From Octopus bimaculoides (lineage: Eukaryota): a DNA stretch of 64,000 bases. This document shows positions 13,483 through 25,300 of this stretch, in pieces. Within the stretch, counting starts at the first letter, position 1, and each line of letters starts with the position of its first letter. The notes under the pieces were generated by a model that had not been told where the DNA came from, did not search any database, and saw only the letters and a program-made list of their open reading frames with translations. The translations under genes were made by a program, and so were the position numbers. Where the stretch lies: NCBI RefSeq assembly GCF_001194135.2, contig NC_068982.1:35710167-35774166 (forward strand), read 5' to 3'.

Positions 13483-13746
13483 TCATCATCATCATCATCA
13501 TCGTTTAACGTCCGCTTTCCATGCTAGCATGGGTTGGACGATTTGACTGAGGACTGGTGAAACCAGATGGCTATACCAGGCTCCAATCTGATTTGGCAGA
13601 GTTTCTACAGCTGGATGCCCTTCCTAACGCCAACCACTCAGAGAGTGTAGTGGGTGCTTTTACGTGCCACCAGCACGAAGGCCAGTCAGGCGGTACTGGT
13701 AACAGCCACGTTCAAAATGGTGTATTTTATGTGCCACCCGCTCAAA
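13483..13746 (-). mobile_element. Nested SINE fragment with 7-bp target-site duplication
   Basis: aacaata at 13476-13482 and 13747-13753 flanks a copy of the gttaaacg(atg)n family. Confidence 0.8.
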
Positions 13747-13820
13747 AACAATAATAATAATAATAACATCGAAAAAAAAATACCTTGGGAATAAGAACCC
13801 AGGTTCGAAATTTCCCCAAG

Positions 13821-13864
13821 ACACCTGAAGAAGGCTGAAGGGTATATCAGCCAAAACATTGTGT
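13821..13864 (+). ncRNA. Degenerate minimal type I hammerhead ribozyme motif
   Basis: acac-CTGAAGA-a-ggctg...cagcc-aAAAc-att-gtgt. The inverted arm copy preserves ccGAAACGTTgtgt, so GAAA>AAAA and cgtt>catt are probably later CpG transitions. Confidence 0.6.
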
Positions 13865-14167
13865 CAACAACAAACAAGATGGGAATAAATATTCAACAAA
13901 TGTAAATAAAGTGTTGTTGTTGTTACTATTATTGTCATGTGCCCACAGGTCATCTTTTAAAGCATCTTTTAAATAAAACTTATCTAATTAACCCATTATT
14001 TTGGGTTTTTTTTTACATCCATGCCCCCTTTTGGCCACCCCATTATCACTCCACTTTCTTCCAATGTGCCCTGAATCTTTCCACTGCCCCCAAGGGAGCA
14101 ATACTGCCCACTTTGGGAACCACTGTTTTAAAATATTTCTCAGACTACATTAACCTAATGAGTTCAT

Positions 14168-14204
<37 letters not shown>

Positions 14205-15113
14205 TTAAGTGATCAGAACAGTTTTAGACCAACGATGTTTCAGGCACTGGCAAGCTTTACTTCCTCCCTGGTTATCCTCAAAATTGTGGCCAGTGGTACC
14301 CAGAAAATAACAATAGCAGCCATGATCTGTTGTTGTCTTAGCTTTAACTTAAGCCTTTTGTTCCCTGTGGAGCATAGGATGTCAATGACTTATTTCCACA
14401 AAGTCAGCAGTTTTAAGGGAGCTCAAAGTTAATCAGATAAATTGATCTCAGTACTAGAGTAGTGCTTTAGTTTATCAACCCCGAAGGGATGAAAGGTAAA
14501 GTTAACTTTAGCTGAATTTTGAACTCAGGATATATTGAGTCTTAACCACAAAAATCTTTTGTCTGATGTTCTGATGATTCTGCCAATGCAATCATAATAT
14601 AAAATTGATTTCAAATTCTGGCACAAGTCGATCTATTTTAGGTGAGGGGTTAAGTGGATTACATCAACTCCAGTGCTCAACCAGTATTTACTTTATTCAC
14701 CACCCCACCAAAAGAATGAAAGGCAAAGTTGAACACAGAACATAAAGACAGATGAAATGCTGCAAAGCATTTTGCCCAATGTGATAACAATTCTGCCAGT
14801 TTACTGCCTTCAATCGTAATATTATTTTGATTTCAAATTTTGGCACAAGGCCAGCAATTTCGGGGGTGGGGTGTAAGTCGATTACATCGCATCCTTAGTG
14901 TTCACTTCGTACTTATTTTATCGAGTCCAAAAGGATGAAAACCAAAGTCGACCTTGGCAGAATTTGAACTCAGAACATAAAGATAATGCCATGAAGCATT
15001 TTTCCCAGCATGCTCACAATTCTGCCAGCTCGCCACCTTCAATCATAATATAATATTGAAAATTTAAATGCAACTCCCATTACTTAAAATGTTTTTTATT
15101 TTTTTGTTTACAG

Positions 15114-15284
15114 CGTGGCGTAGTTAAATGTCACCAAAGGGAATGTGACTGTAGTAAGAGGAAAATTAACTACTCCTGCTGTCCACACTGTGCTGAAAAA
15201 AGAAGTTGTCCACATCAAGAACACTCATTAAAAATGTCACATGGGCAAAAATGGGTGTATGAGTGCCAGACGTGTGAATGTTTA
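15114..15284 (+). CDS. NELL2: NELL-like exon, VWC domains (RGVVKCHQRECDCSKRKINYSCCPHCAEKRSCPHQEHSLKMSHGQKWVYECQTCECL)
   Basis: tttacag / gtaagt boundaries; 171 nt, phase 0-0; CCPxC motif. Confidence 0.93.
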
Positions 15285-16136
15285 GTAAGTATTGTTTGTT
15301 TTTTTTTACTTTTGAGTTTTATTGTATTTTTAATGCCATTCCATTTTGTTTATTTTAAACCAGAATTTATATATTACTTTTATTTCATCATCATACTTGA
15401 AATAGAAGAGTATTGCCAGTAATTTAAGTAGGTCCCTTCCCCTCCAATCTGAATGGTAAGGGTTGAGAATGAGTGAGATTGGAATTTGAACAGCTAAAAG
15501 TGAGGAGACTTTGGGTGTTATGTTGGGCTGCTGAACTTGAAAAAAGAATTAATTGATAAGTTTGTTGCTGATTTAAAGATAGAAAGAAATGTGTTCATCT
15601 TACTGGTTTTTAATTTGAAATTAAATGAAATCAAAATGACTAGTAACTCTCTCCTTATAAATGTTGGATCGTTACCATAAGTCCATCTCCTTAAAGTGTG
15701 GTAATAACATATTAGTCTAGCTGTCACCACCCATAACATGAAGCAGAGAAAAATCAATATATACAGGAGCCTGGTCGGCTGCTGTCAGTTTGTGCTGGTC
15801 GCTGTCAAGACATCAGGTGTCCTAGGACCCTATATTACTGATTTCCTTCACAGAATAGAGATAAGGTGGGCCCACTGGAAAAATGGACTCCAGAAAGTGG
15901 AGTGGCTATGAAGTGTCACTGGCCATTCTCCTCAGCAATGCCATCGTGGTCATTAAGATACGGTGATGGGCCACACATACCAAAAACCCCACTATTTCCC
16001 GCTACTTTACCCCCACACACTTTTCTCTTTTTCCTTTCTTTTTTCCATTTCTTTCTTTTCTTTTCTCATCTCCCTTCTTTCTTGTTTCTTTATATTTTTA
16101 CTCTACAGTATAATTGCAGTCTTAAAACAATTTTTG

Positions 16137-16708
16137 GATCTTTTTTAAAACGGGGGCCACATTTTTCATTAACGAAACACTTTGAAACTTGGAACACTGG
16201 TAGAATGTGTCATATAAAACATCTTTTTCTCTTAGTCTTCTTAAAAAAAAAAGAAATCCATAAGTTATTCCATGTTAAAGTTGTCGTATTTCTGTAATTT
16301 CAACCAATCACTGACGTCCATTCAGCCGATATACATTAAGTGCCGACTACATAAACAAATGATTCTGAAACAATTAACCCTAACCCTAACCCTAACCCTA
16401 GGGTTAGGGTTAGGGTTAAAGCAAATTTAAAATGAAAAAAGCAAATAAAACGAAGGTATGGAGATTAAATATGCTTTACATCGCTTAATCAGCCAAAGGA
16501 GTAAATGTAAACAACTGAATACTTGTCAGTGATTGGTTGAAATTATCGAAATAAGACAATTTTTTACATGAAATAAATTTGAATACAAAAATATTTTTCT
16601 GTTCTATAACACAAAATAGATAAGTATACGAAGTTTGAAAGTCTTTCCGTACCAAAAACACTACGTAAAACATTAATGAAAAATGTGGCCCCCGTTTTAA
16701 AATAGATC
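16137..16708. mobile_element. Foldback MITE-like element with central telomeric-type palindrome
   Basis: 38-bp TIRs (16137-16174 vs 16671-16708, 36/38 match), an inner inverted repeat (about 16281-16316 vs 16523-16560), and a perfect palindrome at 16381-16418. Confidence 0.8.
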
Positions 16709-18341
16709 TCAATTTTTTTTCAAACATCAAATTAGAAATAATTATCAAGCTATTAGCAGTCTCTATAGGGTGCAAATCTTATTCAAGATACTAACTCTTG
16801 ATGAAATATCACAGATCCAAAAACTAAGTGAAATAGCTCAACCAGGAACTGATCTTGTTTTATTGCACAGTCTACTTGCCAGAACCTAACTATCAGACTG
16901 CAGAGTTTACTATCACTTGACAGAGTTTACACAAACTAATTTTTATCTGACTTGAGAAAAAAATTATGAGTAAAAAATAACACCATCTGTAGAGAGATTT
17001 GAACTATGATGATAGTTTGCTACTGTACTCATTTTGTCTGCCCTAAAAAATGAATTACAAGTGAAAATTGGAGCTCAAAACATATAGATAGCCAATGCTG
17101 CTAAGCATTTTGTCCAGTGTACTAATGTTTCAGCAGCTCACCACCTTAATAAAATAATAATGATAATAATCCTTTCTACTATAGGCGCAAGATCTGAACT
17201 TTAGGGGAAGGAGATAGTTAATTACATCAACTGGTACTTCTTTTACCCCCAAAAGCATGAAAGGCAAAGTCAAATTTGAACTCAAGGTTGACTTTGCCTT
17301 TCATCCTTCCAGGGTCAATAAAACAGATACCTGCTGAGTACTGAGGTTGATATAATCAACTTACCCCCATCCCCCTGAAATTACTGGCCTTGTACCAAAA
17401 TTTGAAACCAATAATAATGATAGTAGTTGAAAGAGATTGGAATAGAATACCCTGTAGAGTTTCTACAGAAAGTTTGCCTCTTAAGGACAGGAAAGCTTAT
17501 CAGGAAGGTTTTAAGCACTTGAAAGACGATTGAAAGCTTGTGAATACCTAAGGTTACAGGTAGTAACCCACTATCCACATAAATTCTACCAGGAATAAGA
17601 GTGAACTTGAATCAAATCAATAATAATAAAAATCCTTTCTACTATAGGCCAGAAATTTTGAGGAGGAGACAAGTTGATTACTAGTTGATTACATTGACCC
17701 CAGTGTTTCACTGGTACTTAATTTATCAACCTCGAAAGGATAAAAGGCAAAGTTGACCTCGACTGAATTTGAACTCAGAACATTAAAGACAGACGAAATG
17801 CCGCAAAGGATTTCGCCCAGGGTGCTAACAACTCTGCCAGCTCACTACTAGTAATAATAATAATAATGCAAAGAAGAGAAAGATTTCTGTTTCTACATTT
17901 TTGTTTTGTTTTGGTTTATTGGATTTTTTTGTGGGGTGGGGGGAGTTTTAAAATATTGTTAGTTGAAATAAACACCAGAATTTGGTACCTTGCTTTTTAG
18001 AATGTTCTTTAAAGTTTACATTACATCTGCCAGCCATTGTAAGGACCAGGATGGAGGATAGACAGGAATAAATGTAAATAAATAAATAAACAGTGCTTAG
18101 CTAAGTGAATCATTCAAACAATTCTAAAAATGAGTTATCCGTTTCTTCATTCTTTGTCTTCTAGTTTTCTTGAAATATCTAAGCCAGTTCTTGAGCACTC
18201 AAAATAGAAATGGAAGTTGTAGGTTAGCCAAGACCTGTGGCCACAATCCAGCACCTGTGCAAGATACATTACCAGTTTTCAGTGTGCATATACTGGCATA
18301 TACACATGTAAATACATACCTATACACACACATCTGCTTTA

Positions 18342-18391
<50 letters not shown>

Positions 18392-18530
18392 TACATGCAT
18401 GTATGTATACATATGAGTGTGTGTATATATATGTATGTATGCATGTGTGTATGTATATGTATGTACATACATATATGTATATATAATTTTTTTCAAATAC
18501 ATAAAGCTACACACACACGCACATATTGTA

Positions 18531-18576
<46 letters not shown>

Positions 18577-20608
18577 TACACAAAAACACATATTTATATC
18601 TATCTACAAACATACACCCATACCACAACACATCTACATAAATACATACGTACATACATACATAAACTTTCGACTATAGACATACATACACATACAAATC
18701 TATTACATACACATACACACCCACACCCACTTGCACATACACAAATATACTTAAAATTCATAAACATACATAACTCTCACATGCCCACACACATACACAC
18801 ACAGACATATATACATATATAAACTGTAAAAAGTATTAGTAACTCAATTTAGCCTCGTCTTTACATGTTAAGTACTTCCAGATTCTGAAACTTTCATACC
18901 TGTGTATGAGCTGCAGTCTTGAGTTTTGATTTCTCTAAGATATTTTATCTGGTTATGAAGGCACATTACCAATTGTCAGTTAACATTTATGTATACATAC
19001 ATACATACATATGTATGTATAAATATATAAAAGAGCATTAATACTCATGAGAGATATTAATGTTAGTGGGCACAATACATTCATATACATACATATATAT
19101 ATATATATATANNNNNNNNNNNNNNNNNNNNNNNNNNNNNNNNNNNNNNNNNNNNNNNNNNNNNNNNNNNNNNNNNNNNNNNNNNNNNNNNNNNNNNNNN
19201 NNNNNNNNNNNNNNNNNNNNNNNNNNNNNNNNNNNNNNNNNNNNNNNNNNNNNNNNNNNNNNNNNNNNNNNNNNNNNNNNNNNNNNNNNNNNNNNNNNNN
19301 NNNNNNNNNNNNNNNNNNNNNNNNNNNNNNNNNNNNNNNNNNNNNNNNNNNNNNNNNNNNNNNNNNNNNNNNNNNNNNNNNNNNNNNNNNNNNNNNNNNN
19401 NATATATATATATATATATATATATATAGGTTATGATGAAACAAGTGGCATAGGTTTTAGCATATAAACTCCCTGTAAAACCAATCTGGAACTTGGTTAA
19501 GATTTCCAGCTGTGGCACTCTAGTGCTTTACAAACTAATGTCATTAAGTAAGTAAAAAAAAAACAACATAAAAGTCATGAATAAGATACAGGCATAGCTG
19601 TGTAGTTAAGGGGTTCACTTCCTGACCACATGATTTCAGGTTCAATCCCATTCTGTAGCACTTCATGTAAATGTCTTCTACTATAGTCTTTAGTAGACAG
19701 AAACTGCAAACCCATTATATATCAGCAGCATCATTTAGCATCTGTTTTCCATACTGGCATGGGTTGGATGACTTGATTGGAGCTGGCAAAGCCACACCAG
19801 GTTCCATAATCTATTTTGACTTGATTTCTACAGTTGGGTGCCCTTCCAAAGGCCAACCACTTTACATAGTATACTGGGTGCTTTTTACATTGTATTATCA
19901 CCAGTGCTTTTAAATGCACTAGCACCCACCCTAATGCTTTTTACATGGCACCTTGGTTTTAGGATATCAATACTTTTGTGGTGGACAGGTCTTCTTGAGT
20001 ACAGTAATGCAATATATATATATATATCTTTTAAATCTGTTTACAGGAAACTTTTTTTAATATGCAAATAAAGCTCCTATTCTATTATGTCAGCTACAGT
20101 CTAATGATGCTGACTGGTGAACCAGTTTTTGGGGTTGCACTGAGCTGTGCTAATATAATGTAGGATAAATATAGTAGTAATAGCAATAATCCTTGGATGG
20201 AATTTATAAATATTTTAATGCATTAAAGTATTTATTAATTCTACCCAAGGATTATTGTTATTACTACTATATACATATATGGTGGTTGTCTACTCCTTAT
20301 GCAGAGTTTGACCAGCTCCTGTACCCATGCCTTAGAACCATCATGGCATCTGATGTGGTTTTTTAAATCAGACAGTGTTTTGAAAAGACACCCACATAGA
20401 TTGCATATCCAATTTGGACCACCAAGAGCTGCAGATAAGTTCTGATTTTTGTGGATCTTAAAATGTCTTTTGAGGCTTCCATTAGATTTGCAAACCTTCT
20501 AGCATACATTGCATTGAAAGGTGTGCACAAACATATATATATATATATACACGTTTGCCTCTAGGGGTGAACAACTTGTATAAGATTCTGAGAATTATAA
20601 CTCTTGCG

Positions 20609-20675
20609 GTTCACGCTGAAGAGGGGCAGATTTTCTCGGTAAGAGATTTTTAACTCCGAAACCTGGTCCGCGAAT
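20609..20675 (+). ncRNA. Type I hammerhead ribozyme motif in a probable Penelope-like element remnant
   Basis: stem I gttcacg/cgcgaat (one mismatch), core CTGAAGA at 20616-20622, stem II gggg/ctcc, GAAA at 20658-20661, stem III acc-t-ggt, GUC cleavage triplet ending at 20668. Confidence 0.7.
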
Positions 20676-20974
20676 AACAAGGTTTTAATTTTATGTATGT
20701 AATTTTCAATGTCTTGCTCGCTTATGTTTTGGTATTTCGCTGTATATATNNNNNNNNNNNNNNNNNNNNNNNNNNNNNNNNNNNNNNNNNNNNNNNNNNN
20801 NNNNNNNNNNNNNNNNNNNNNNNNNNNNNNNNNNNNNNNNNNNNNNNNNNNNNNNNNNNNNNNNNNNNNNNNNNNNNNNNNNNNNNNNNNNNNNNCTGTA
20901 AGACCTTCTATTTATAAATGTTCTAAAATATACACAGCCTTGGTTTTTTTATCTCATTACGAAAAGGAAATCCT

Positions 20975-21030
<56 letters not shown>

Positions 21031-21937
21031 GAGAAAGAAAGAGAAAGTGTGTGTTTGTGTCTATTTAACTTGACATTGTATGATGGTTGTAAAGATGCGT
21101 CACCATTGTATAAGTGGTGTCATTCACTTCCAATCTTCCATGAAAATTTGTTGTCTGGTCGTGGGGAAATTTTACCTTGCTTGGAAATAGGTAAGGGCTG
21201 GTAACAAGAAGGACATCCAGCCACAGAAAATCTACCCCACTGAATTTTGTCTGACCCATGCAAGCATGGAAAAGTAGGCATTAGGACGGTGACAACACAA
21301 TTCACAATTGCCATTTCATCTCCTCTGCCAATTACTGGGGCATAAACAAACCAACACCAATTATCAAGTGGTGGCGGTCAGGCACAAGCATTACGACACA
21401 CACACACACACACACACACACACATTTATATACGCCAGGTTTCTTCCAGTTTCTGTCTACCAAATCTACTCACAAAGTTTTGCTTAGCCTGAAGTTATAG
21501 CAGAAGATACTTTCCCAAGGTGCCACACAGTGGGACTGAACTCAGAACCATATGGTTGGGAAGCAAACATCTTACCACACTATCATGTCTGTGCCTACAC
21601 TGACTATCCGTTCATTAGTATCTCTGATCAGAAAAAGTAAACCAATCATTGTTGTTTGGCCTCAAGTCAGCTCTGAGCAAGGAGACATATGAGTGAAGTG
21701 GTCCAACTATGACCATCACATGTTATTTTGGGATAATATATCCCAAGACTGATTTGTAACAAATCTGTCTTACTGCACAGGCCTGGCTGTGTGGTAAGAA
21801 GCTTTCTTCCAAGTGATGTGGTTCTGGGTTCAGTCCCAACATGTAGCACCTTGGGCAAGTGTCTTCTACTATAGCCTTGGTCCAACCAAAGCCTTGTGAA
21901 TGGATTTTGTCAATGGAAACTGAAAGAAGCTTGTTGA

Positions 21938-21985
<48 letters not shown>

Positions 21986-22499
21986 TTGTCCCCCACCACT
22001 GTTTACAACCAGTGTTAGTGTGTTTATGTTCCTATAACTTAGCAGTTTGGTAACAGAGTCCAATAGAATAGATATCAGGCTTAAAAAGAATAAATATTAG
22101 GGTTTATTCAGTCGATTAAAATTCTTCAATGTGGTGCCCCAGCATGGCCAGTCTAATGACTGAAACAAGTAAAAGATAAATGATAAAAATATATGTTAAA
22201 ATTCACCAGAAATACTTTAAAAACTCAGCAAATACAAACATGTGGTTAAAAATATTCATTTTGCTGTTAAACCTGACTGAATATTCCTATACTAAAAAGT
22301 GGTCCCGAGACGACTCATCTCATCTAGTGTTTCTCATCATTTGCAAGACAGTAGGATGTTATTTGAGGGAAATTTGGCTAATATTTCTAGCAGGTCAAGC
22401 ACCCATCTAGAGGTTTCCTCATTGGTTTGTTCATTTTCAGCGACATGCACATTGGATTTCAATGAAACTAAAATGAAATTTTGACTTCTGTATTTTCAG

Positions 22500-22739
22500 A
22501 GTGGAGAGGTTGATTGCTGGCCATTAGAATGTCCAAAGCTGATGTGTTCTGATGTGGTCAAAATGTCTGGAGACTGTTGTCCACGGTGCATCGATGATGA
22601 CCCGTGTCATGAAAATGATCAATACAGTGTAATTAATGCCGGCTTGATTCCAAGCCTTTGTAGATACCATGGTCGTAAATACCGTCATAATGATCACTGG
22701 AACCTCCATGGAGATAAATGTACCACTTGTAAATGTAAG
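22500..22739 (+). CDS. NELL2: NELL-like exon, VWC domains (SGEVDCWPLECPKLMC...CCPRCIDDDPC...CRYHGRKYRHNDHWNLHGDKCTTCKCK)
   Basis: ttttcag / gtaagt boundaries; 240 nt, phase 0-0; GEVDCWPLxCP and CCPRC are characteristic of NELL. Confidence 0.95.
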
Positions 22740-23066
22740 GTAAGTATGTTTGAAATGATATCAACTAGAGAAAAATAATCTATCCTCCTTTTTAATTCCT
22801 TACTATTTTAAAATGTTCTTTGTATGTTTATGCTTTACTTGTTTCAGTCATTTGACTACAGCCATGCTGGGGCACCACCTTGAAGAATTTTAGTCAAATG
22901 AATCAACCCAGTACTTATATTTTTTTTTTAAAGTCTGGTACTTATTCTGTCGGTCTCTTTTGCTGAACCACTAAGTTACAGAAACATATATAAACACCAG
23001 CAGCACCACTTATCAAGCAGTGGAAGAGGACAAACAAAGACACACTCACACACAAGCACACACAGT

Positions 23067-23105
<39 letters not shown>

Positions 23106-24916
23106 ATGTGATGGGCTTCTTTCAATTTCCATCCACCAAACACCAAATCCACTCACAAGGCTTTGGTCAGCCCTAGACTTATAGTATAAGACATTTGCCC
23201 AAGACATCTGCCTGAAGCCAGAACCATGTGGTTGGAAACGTCTTAGCACACAGCCCAAATATTTCAGAATTGTAATTGTCTAGCAAATGATTTGATCCCT
23301 GAGACTGCATGTTCAAACTGAAGCAGTAATATCATGGAATAGCCATTTTGGCCATCTAAAACACATAAATACTATTATATTCACTTTCCAGTTATTTCTT
23401 GAGGTGTTAAAATGTTTGCCATACAACTTCATCTTAGTAACAGACATCATTCTATGGCAACTGCATTGTAACAGAACTGTGTCAGTGATCAAGTTACAGT
23501 TGTACGACAAAAATTTTAATGCTTCCATCCAGTCATTTCATCACCCACCATTCCTGAGAGTCCCATAGGAGTAGAGTCCTCTTTCTTTTTCCCAAGGTTT
23601 CTCTTTCTACAACTTTTACTTCCCTTTGTACTTACTTTTGACTTTTGGTCATGGTCAATGGTTATAAGTGAGTGCATATATATATATACCCTCACAGCTG
23701 ACAAGTGGTGTAGCTGAAAGAGGATGACATAACCAGAAGCCAATGACCACCAGAAGAGAAAGATGACCCCCATTGTTTATATCCAGTTCGTTTCCCCCTC
23801 CATACTTTAAAGAGGCCGTAGGCCAACAAGTCTTAGGGCCTGATGATATGCCATAAAGATACTCTTTATGGTGAGAAACCCTGGGTAACCCTATAAACAG
23901 GCCTTCACCAGTAATAAATATATATATATATGTGTGTGTATATATGCCCGTGCGATGCCACATAAAAGCACCTGTGCAGTGCCATGTAAAAGCACTCAGC
24001 ACACTCTGTAAAGTGGTTGGCATTAAGAAGGGCATCTGGCCAGAGAAACCATGCCAAATCAGACTGGAGTCTGGTGCAGCTCCCCAACTTTCCAGCTCTG
24101 GTCTAACCATCCAACTCATGCCAGCATAGGCAGCAGATGTTAAATGATGATGGTGATGATGATATACAATGTGGTAAAGCTTCAACAAATAGAAGACCAC
24201 TTGATCAGTTAAGAGAGTAAAAATAAAAGCCACAGATCTTTGTAAATACAGCTAACCAGAGTTTCCTGGTCAAAATTATTATTTATTTCACCATTTTTCA
24301 AGCTGAGGACATGATTTTTTTTTTGTCAGTTGTCGTTTAAACATTATCTGCTCAAAAAGACAAGTGACAAATGACTTTAAAAATGGTGAAATTGTTGAAA
24401 CAAGCTGTGGACTAATCGTATGTGTGTGAGTGCATGCACATGTGTGTAAGTATGTGCTTACACTAAGTTACAGAGTATGACCACTAAGTTACAGAGACAT
24501 AAATAAACACAGCAGCACCACTTATTAAGCAGTGGTGGAGAACAAAGACACACTCACACATAAACATACACACACACACTCACATACAGAGTCACAAACA
24601 CACACACACAGTCACATACACACGTACACACACATGTGATGGGCTTCTTTCAATTTCCGTCGACCAAATACCAAATCCACTCACAAGGCTTTGGTCAGCC
24701 CTAGGCTTATAGTATAAGACATTTGCCCAAGATGTGTAATGTAAATGCATATATACTTGTGTTTGTAATCAATTGAATAGCATCATGTGAATGCTCAGTG
24801 ATGTTATGTTATCCAGCTTTTAAAATATTTTATTGCCAACTTATATGAAAATGTTGTTTGATTACATTTTTTTAATGTATTTTTTCTTCTTTTTCTTCTT
24901 TTTTTTCTAATTGCAG

Positions 24917-24976
24917 CGCGGACACATATGTTGTTCTTTCAACCAGACTTGTACAGCCCTTGAAAGATCTCCGTGA
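24917..24976 (+). CDS. NELL2: NELL-like terminal coding exon (RGHICCSFNQTCTALERSP*)
   Basis: long polypyrimidine tract plus ttgcag acceptor; GHICCS matches the NELL2 C-terminus (NGHICCS); TGA at 24974-24976. Confidence 0.92.
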   Translation, partial: RGHICCSFNQTCTALERSP

Positions 24977-25300
24977 TCGAATAATGTGATTTAAGTTTGC
25001 AACGGCGACAGTTTGTTGCCTACATTTTCCAGCAAAATACAGCCATTCCATGCCGCCACGTATGACAATGTAGAATGCCATCCTAGCTGTACGGGCCTCT
25101 ACTAAATGTAACTAACTTAAATGAGACTTGGGCGTCCTGTGCTGCCCATGCATTCCCTACTCTTCTGGCAGCAGGATGGCTGCAGCTGCAGTAGTTGCTG
25201 CTGGAGGTGCATTGGTTCCTTGTCAGCTTTTGGTGTAGCTCTCTTTGAAATCTCTGCTCATTGTACTAAGACGGACTTCTACAAGAAATTAAATGATTAA
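24977..25300 (+). other. Proximal 3'UTR of the NELL-like gene (full extent unknown)
   Basis: immediately follows the stop codon; poly(A) site cannot be fixed from sequence alone. Confidence 0.6.

Larger units (their letters stand above)
13325..13910 (+). mobile_element. tRNA-headed SINE with hammerhead-type tail, preceded by an inverted copy of its own tail and interrupted by another SINE
   Basis: A box tggcatagtgg and B box gttcgattcc in 13401-13470; tail fold at 13821-13864; arms 13325-13398 and 13840-13910 are inverted repeats. Confidence 0.75.

Noticed and set aside
16375-16418. Ancient telomere-telomere fusion site
   Set aside because: Orientation is (CCCTAA)n then (TTAGGG)n, the reverse of a fusion scar; only 3-4 units per side, embedded in a TIR element.
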